DNA from: Octopus vulgaris
Taxonomy: Eukaryota
NCBI GenBank assembly: GCA_951406725.2
Contig: OX597833.1
Location: forward strand, 57,040,001 to 57,104,000
Direction: 5' to 3'
Length of the DNA stretch: 64,000 nucleotides
The notes beneath the pieces are model-generated. The model worked only from the letters and a program-made list of their open reading frames with translations. It did no database searches and was not told where the DNA came from. The first letter of the stretch is position 1. Each line of letters starts with the position of its first letter. Below, in pieces: positions 63,388-64,000 of this stretch. The translations under genes were made by a program, and so were the position numbers.

Positions 63388-63995
63388 GGTACTACCTCCC
63401 TATGCAGCACAATGTTGTTGCTAAAACAATTTACAATGCCATCCACAAAAAAGACTGTCTTGAAATATACTTAGAAAATCCCTCTGTTATGGAATACATT
63501 CATAAACACCAACTCAAGAAATACTGGTGGAATATTCCCATCAAAACTTCTGTCAAATGTAAGCATAACAGGCCGGATATTGTTGCTTGGGACAGAGGGG
63601 CAAGGGTATGTACCACCATAGAGGTCAGCTGCCCTGCAGATATAAATATCTCTTTGAAAATCAAAGGAAAAGAGGATATCTATGGACAACTGCTTCAAAA
63701 CCTCCAGCTTTCTATTTCCAGACAAGGATTTCATAGCTACACTAATAATAATTGGAGTACTAAGTTTTGTTAGTAAATGCTTAAAAGAGAATCTGGATAA
63801 ACTGGGATTTCAGAAAGAGAAATCGACCAGTCGATTCATACATTACAAGTGTAATCTGTGAGTGGAACAGTAAAAATATGCAAGAATTTTGTCATGTTCC
63901 AAATACGAATTTGGCTGTGTTAACTACATCCCAAAGATGGAGCCTTGTATCTTTGTTGGAAACTGGCTTCCTCCTCAGTGGAAGATTTATAATAA
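63388..63995 (+). mobile_element. 5'-truncated RLE-type non-LTR retrotransposon (R4/NeSL-like)
   Basis: YYLPMQHNVVAK (decayed RH motif)...YWWNIPI...HNRPDIVAWD...IEVSCP...K..KEDIY (PD-(D/E)xK endonuclease), frameshifted C-terminus SVSGTVKICKNF, short TAA tail. Confidence 0.85.
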
Positions 63996-64000
63996 TTAAG

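Overview
AT-rich, microsatellite-dense eukaryotic DNA made mostly of transposable elements. The mix of tRNA-derived SINEs, RTE LINEs and (TA/CA/TAGA)n tracts suggests a cephalopod, probably Octopus (inference). Nearly all ORFs in the supplied track are microsatellite or SINE artefacts. The real coding signals are: a long minus-strand terminal exon of an unidentified host gene (34864-36315); a young 5'-truncated RTE LINE with an open RT frame carrying a PHD-like finger; and decayed pieces of a Gypsy integrase, two R4/Dong-type RLE retrotransposons, a Tx1-type LINE and a mariner. Also present are three abundant SINE families, non-autonomous Helitrons, Merlin-, hAT-, pogo- and piggyBac-like MITEs, a probable solo LTR and several TE-derived minisatellites. 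The best leads are: minimal hammerhead-ribozyme motifs, one attached to a tRNA-derived inverted repeat (retrozyme-like); a CpG-rich CRE/CRE/Ets/CArG cluster with a splice donor, resembling an immediate-early promoter and possibly driving a spliced non-coding RNA; and a duplicated, CpG-rich decayed reading frame of unknown origin. All coordinates were read by eye and repeat boundaries are approximate.
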